This document shows, piece by piece, positions 58,860 through 64,000 of a DNA stretch of 64,000 bases (the first letter of the stretch is position 1; every line of letters begins with the position of its first letter). Source of the stretch: Octopus sinensis (Eukaryota); NCBI RefSeq assembly GCF_006345805.1, contig NC_043000.1, positions 126,232,001 through 126,296,000 on the forward strand, written 5' to 3'. The notes under the pieces were generated by a model. That model did not search any database. It was not told the origin of the DNA and saw only the letters and a list, made by a program, of their open reading frames with translations. The translations under genes were made by a program, and so were the position numbers.

Positions 58860-60922
58860 TCCTGCCAAATGCGAGCTTTCTTTTCAGGTACATGACACTG
58901 GCTGTCCCTCATCCCAGGGTCTCATAGGCCCACACCTCCCACACCCTCAGAGTTGGCACACTGAAAGGTAGGTCTGGTGAAATAGTTGAGATGCTTGAGC
59001 GGAGACATGTAGATTTGTGCTGCATCCAAGAAGTAAGGTGCAGAGGAGGTTCCGCTAGGTTCATCACAGGCAAAGAACACAGGTACAAGATTTTCTGGGC
59101 AGGGAACACTGACGGGGTCGGGGGCGTGGGTATACTTCTTGTGGAGAAATGGATTGATAAGGTAATCGAGGTAGTCAGAGTATGTGACAGAGTACTTAAG
59201 ATTAGATTAGTGCTTCACCATAGGTCAGCTACCATTACTCGGCCTATGCCCCTCAGCCAGGGCTACCAGAGAGTCAGAAAGACCGATTCTACAACACCCT
59301 ATTGCAGACTACCTCGTTGACGAATGACAGAGACCATTTTTTTGTGGCTGGTGATTTCAATGGACATGTTGGACAACGTGCAGGGGTCTTCCATGGCATA
59401 CATGGAGGCAATGGTTTTGGTTCCCGCAATGAGGAGGGAATCAGACTGCTGGAGTTCTGCGATGCAAATGATCTTATGGTTTGCAATACCAACTTCAGGA
59501 AACCCGCCCGTCACCTAGTCACCTATCGTTCTGGCAGACACACTAGCCAAATTGACTATATCCTCACCAGAAAAAGGGAAAGAGGGCTGCTTATAAATGC
59601 CAGAACCTTCCCAGGAGAAGAATGTACCCCTCAACATAGATTAGTAGTTAGCGACTTCAGGATCAGGGTTGAATGGTTGCTCAGAAGAAGACCAGCCTGG
59701 AGGAGAAGGGTCTGGAAACTTAAAGATCCTGCAAATGGGCAGGGATTTAAAAACGTATTACTCGAAGCCTTTGATGAAATAGAAGGGGATATAGCACAAC
59801 ACAATGTGGAAGACAACTGGAGGTTTCTACGGAACAACCTGCTAAGAGCCACTGACCAGATGTGGCTGGTGCAAAGTCTCCACTCGACCCAAGGTAACAT
59901 GGTGGTGGAACAATGTGGTTGACAGTGCTATTAGACAAAAGAAACAGGCTTGGAAGGACTAGAAACAGGCTTGGAAGGACTAGAAGAATGGAGGTAGCAG
60001 GAAACTGTATCAGACTGCCAGAAGGGAAGCTAGGAGACAGGTTTATTTAGCCAGAGAGGAAGCAGATAAGAAAAAATTTGCCAATATTCTGTGCCGTGAG
60101 AACCAAAGACTTGAGGTATTTTGTGTTGCAAGACAGTGTGTGAGAGAGAATCGTCATGTGGTAGGAGAGAAATGTGATGGTTCACTTGCGCTAAATGAGG
60201 ATGCAAGGAGAGAGGTTTGGAGATGCCACTATGAAAGATTGCTGAATAAAGAAAATGAATGGGATGAAGAGAGTCTGCCGACTGTTGACCCAACAGAGGG
60301 ACCAGCTATCCGAGTTGACAGTTCTTTGGTAGTTAAGGCAATTAGAAGCATGAAGACAGGGAAAGCACCAGGCCCATCAGGAATTACTGCAGAGATGCTC
60401 AAAATATCTGGCAGTGTCAGCTATAGCCTAGTCACCTGTATAGTTAACCAGGTGATACACGAAGGAGTCATACCCAATGACTGGTGTAGCAGCATAATAG
60501 TCAACTGCTACAATGGTAAATGTGACGCCCTAGATACAAATAATTACAGAGGTATCAAGCTGTTGGATCAGGTAATGAAGGTTATGGAGAGGGTCATAGC
60601 CCAACCGATTAGGGAGAGAGTCAACTTGGATGAGATGCAGTTTGGTTTCGTGCCAGGGAAAAGCACCACTGATGCCATATTTCTGGTGAGACAGCTGCAG
60701 GAGAAATACCTAGCCAAAGATAAGCCCCTGTACCTTGCTTTTGTTGACATGGAGAAAGCCTTTGACAGGGTCCCCCGATCCCTTATCAGGTGATCAATGA
60801 GGAAACTAGGGATAGATGAATGGTTATTGAGAGCTGTGCAAGTCATGTACTGGGACGCTGTAAGTAAGGTAAGGGTTAGCAACGTGTTCACCGAAGAATT
60901 CAAGGTAGAGGTTGGGGTCCAC
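58860..60922 (+). mobile_element. RTE-clade LINE, 5' half (APE endonuclease to early RT), 3'-truncated and frameshifted
   Basis: DLCCIQEVR, GDFNGHVG, QIDYIL, QFGFVPGKST; breaks off after GVH. Confidence 0.92.
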
Positions 60923-61549
60923 AAATGCCAGTAAGGCAATGCTGGTAACGACCACGCTCGAATGGTGCCTTTTACATGCCAGAGATATTATTCTCCTAGT
61001 GTAGTTGCCTTCATTGTTGGCTCACAACTCTTCATAATATTGTTAAAGAGTGATGAGTTTGTAAGTATGAGGGAAAGGGGACTTCAGGAGTAAGAGGCAA
61101 GCTTACAGTAGATTGGTTGGTTTACCTGGAATATAAAGTTTGCTAAGAGTGGAGAGAGTATACCGACAAGTTTGTTTGGCTGGCAGAGACATCATAGCCC
61201 TCCTAAAATCCTTTTAGGGTACCACCAATGTTGGCTTTAGGAAGACAATATGGAACCTATTGTAGGTTGGTAGGTTTTGTTTGGAATTAATGAATACCTT
61301 GTAGTGGAGGGGTGAGCTTAAGGCATATGGTGGATTGGAGTATTTGTCATAATAGTGGCTGGTTATACTTGTCATAAAGGGTAGGACAGTCAGGTGGAGT
61401 GCCTACACAACTAAAATGATGCATGTGTGAAGGAAGACTCAATAAGGAATAGTCATTGCTCTTCCAGTTGACTGAGGGAGAATCTGTTGAAGGTATAAAT
61501 ACTAATATATATGACACAGCAACAATACCATTAATTATTCATAGAAGTA

Positions 61550-61594
61550 TTCTCTTTTACTTATTTCAGTCATGTGACAAACACAGACACACAA

Positions 61595-61625
<31 letters not shown>

Positions 61626-61800
61626 CATATATATGACGGACTTCTCTCAGTTTCCGTCTACCAAATCCACTAACCAGGCTTTGGTCGGCCCAAGGCTATA
61701 GTAGAAGACACATGCCCAAGGTGCCATGCAGTGGGACTGAACCCGGAACCATGAGGTTGGTAAGCAAGCTATTTACCACACAGCCACTCTACGCCTATAA
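61550..61800 (-). mobile_element. SINE family A, internally deleted
   Basis: Head, microsatellite and short tail piece. Confidence 0.75.
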
Positions 61801-61969
61801 AAAAAGTATTTTACATAATCCACCTTCAGAAGTGACAGTTCTCTTCTATAATTGAAGTATATATTAAACACCTAACTTTTTAGCAATATTATTTTGAGGT
61901 TGGCCAGTGATAGAACAAGATCAAGTTATTACACACACGCATGCGCATGCACAGTAACTGTGAAGTTAA

Positions 61970-64000
61970 AACTCCATTTCGCAACCACTGAGCATATATG
62001 TCAACACTTCTGCTTGGAGTCGTTTACGACCATGTCAACACTTCTGCTCAGAGTCGTTTACCATCCTCCAAATTATCGCCAAGATGCACAGCTTTTTGAT
62101 ATCCTCAGAGCTGCTGCCATGAAAACAGCCACATATGTGTATATTGCGGGGGACTTCAATTTCCCTGAGATTGACTGGTAGGCCTTCCGCTGGCTGCAAA
62201 GTGCAGACGATTTCCTTGAACTGGTGCTGAATTCAAATTGGTCCCAAGTTGTTACCTCCCCCACAAGGGGTAACAACACTTTGGATCTGCTACTTACCGC
62301 TTCTCCTGAAACAATCATTAGTGTCGCTACCGAAGAACCTTTAGGTGACTCTGATCATTCTATGATCATGGCCGACTTGTCTCTGATTGGTTGTAACAAA
62401 AAACACAACCATCTTCAGACTGCCCGCTTTGACTGAAATAAAGCAAACTGGAGCTCTTATTGTACTGAGCTGCAATGCCCAAACTGGCACGAATTTTATG
62501 CCTCTGGAGATGTGGACACTATACTCCAGAACATTCTGAATTCAATATGGGCAACATGTGCAGCATCAGTACCACACAAGCACAAAAAACCACCCAATAG
62601 TGCAATTTGGGAGACTGCAGCAGTCCAACTTGCCAGGAAAGAACGCCGTATTGCTGAACGGGAATACAAATTGCACAAATCAGAGAGCAACAGGAAAAAG
62701 CACAATAGGTCAGCCAACCACCTCAAGCAGGTGACAAAAAAGGCAGTGCTTGAATTTGAACAATGCATTGCAGCTAACCCTGACAGCAAAGTGTTCTGGA
62801 AGTATGTGCACTCAAAGCAGAGACCCCACTCTCCAGTTGGTCCCCTTCGCAATCCCCACACAGGACAGATTACTGGCAATCCCGAACAATGTGCAGAAAT
62901 CATTGCTGGATGCTATGCTAGCATCTTTACTGTCGAAGACCAAAATGTTCCATCTTCATCACCACTGACATCGGACTCTATATCTACTATGCAATTTACA
63001 CCAGCAATGCTGCAATGCCACCTAAAGAATAAATGCAATTATGCCTCTCTTGGTCTCGATGGTGTTACATACCTACTTCTCAAACGCGGTGGGTACTTTC
63101 TTCTAAACCAACTTTCTCTATTCTTCCAATTCTGTCTTGACAATGGTGTTACTCCAGAACAGTAGAAAACTGCCAGTGTCATCCCTCTGTTCAAAAAAGG
63201 CAACCGCACATCGCCTGTCAACTATCGCCCCGTCAGTCTTACTAGCTGCATCGCCAAACTGATGGAATCCTGTATCAGAGAAACCCTCTGGAACTTCTGG
63301 AAGTCTCACAGCCTCATCCAGCCGTCACAATTCGGATTTATTTCTAACTCCAGCTGCTGTAATCAACTCATCGAGTTTTTTGAGGACGTTACCCAAATCA
63401 CTGATCGCGGATCCTGGGTAGATGTTGTTTACCTGGACTTTGCTAAGGCTTTTAACTCTGTGCCACACAAAAGACTTATGGTGAAGCTTTCTGCGTTGGG
63501 TGTAAGAGACAAACTCTATAACTGGTTGAAGTCCTTTATTTTCAGCCGAAAAGAGGTTGTCACAGTTCTAGGATAGCACTCTTCGCCCTATGAGATGACA
63601 TCTGGTGTACCACAGGGATCTGTTCTTGGCCCCCTTTTATTTGTTGCATATGTTAATGACATAGATGCCAACTTAAAGAATGCCACAGTGCTGAAATATG
63701 CAGATGACATCAAGCTGTACCTCGAAATAAAGAGGTCAAATCCTGTACACTATAGATCTCTATTGCAAGTAGACCTGGACACAATGCAGCAGTGGATCAT
63801 GGACTGGCAACTCAAGCTGGCTGTGGACAAATATACCACCATGCATTTTGGGAGGAGAAACCCAGCGTCCACCTACTCCCTCCACAACACTAGTCTCAAA
63901 AAGTCTTCATATGAACGTGACCTGGGTGTTATTGTCGACAGTGATTTGTGTTGGACAAAACACATCGCTAAAATTGTCAAGAAGGCTGAGGGTGTCTTGG
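61970..64000 (+). mobile_element. CR1/L2-group LINE ORF2 (APE endonuclease + RT), same family as 24522-25613, with premature stops; runs off window
   Basis: VVYHPP, GDFNFPEIDW, SDHSMI, YRPVSLTS, YLDFAKAF, YADD; stops at about 62179, 62434, 63163, 63574. Confidence 0.93.

Noticed and set aside
62170-64000. Possible deaminase-type hypermutation (stops from TGG/CAG, many transitions) in the CR1 copy
   Set aside because: G-to-A and C-to-T both occur on the same strand, some at CpG; fits ordinary AT-biased decay

Overview
This is AT-rich animal genomic DNA, very likely from an octopus (inferred from the cephalopod-type SINE/RTE repertoire). One protein-coding gene spans most of the window on the minus strand: a sortilin (SORT1-type VPS10-domain receptor). 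I assembled 19 GT-AG coding exons by hand (47225 down to 1159; 2109 nt, 702 aa plus stop, all phases compatible). They run from VILVAMTSP...NLYRS through the beta-propeller, 10CC region and TM helix to a tail ending YSLL...DYSDDEELLQ*. The signal-peptide/propeptide exons were not found and probably lie beyond 64000. The introns hold tRNA-derived SINEs, RTE and CR1-type LINE fragments, a decayed Tc1, an internally deleted piggyBac, MITEs and Helitrons. The most interesting signal is a set of four unrelated non-coding elements carrying hammerhead-ribozyme motifs, each with a copy on the sortilin pre-mRNA strand: (1) a 349-bp unit with 75-bp terminal redundancy and an intact minimal hammerhead (retrozyme-like); (2) a perfect 138-bp palindrome of two back-to-back hammerheads; (3) a 4.5-kb Penelope-like inverted repeat whose degenerate hammerhead is split by an 87-nt GT-AG insert; (4) a further degenerate motif. 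Also seen: a decayed duplicate of a sortilin exon, and two transposons cut off exactly at intron position +6. All calls are by eye; repeat boundaries are approximate (about 20 bp) unless termini are stated.
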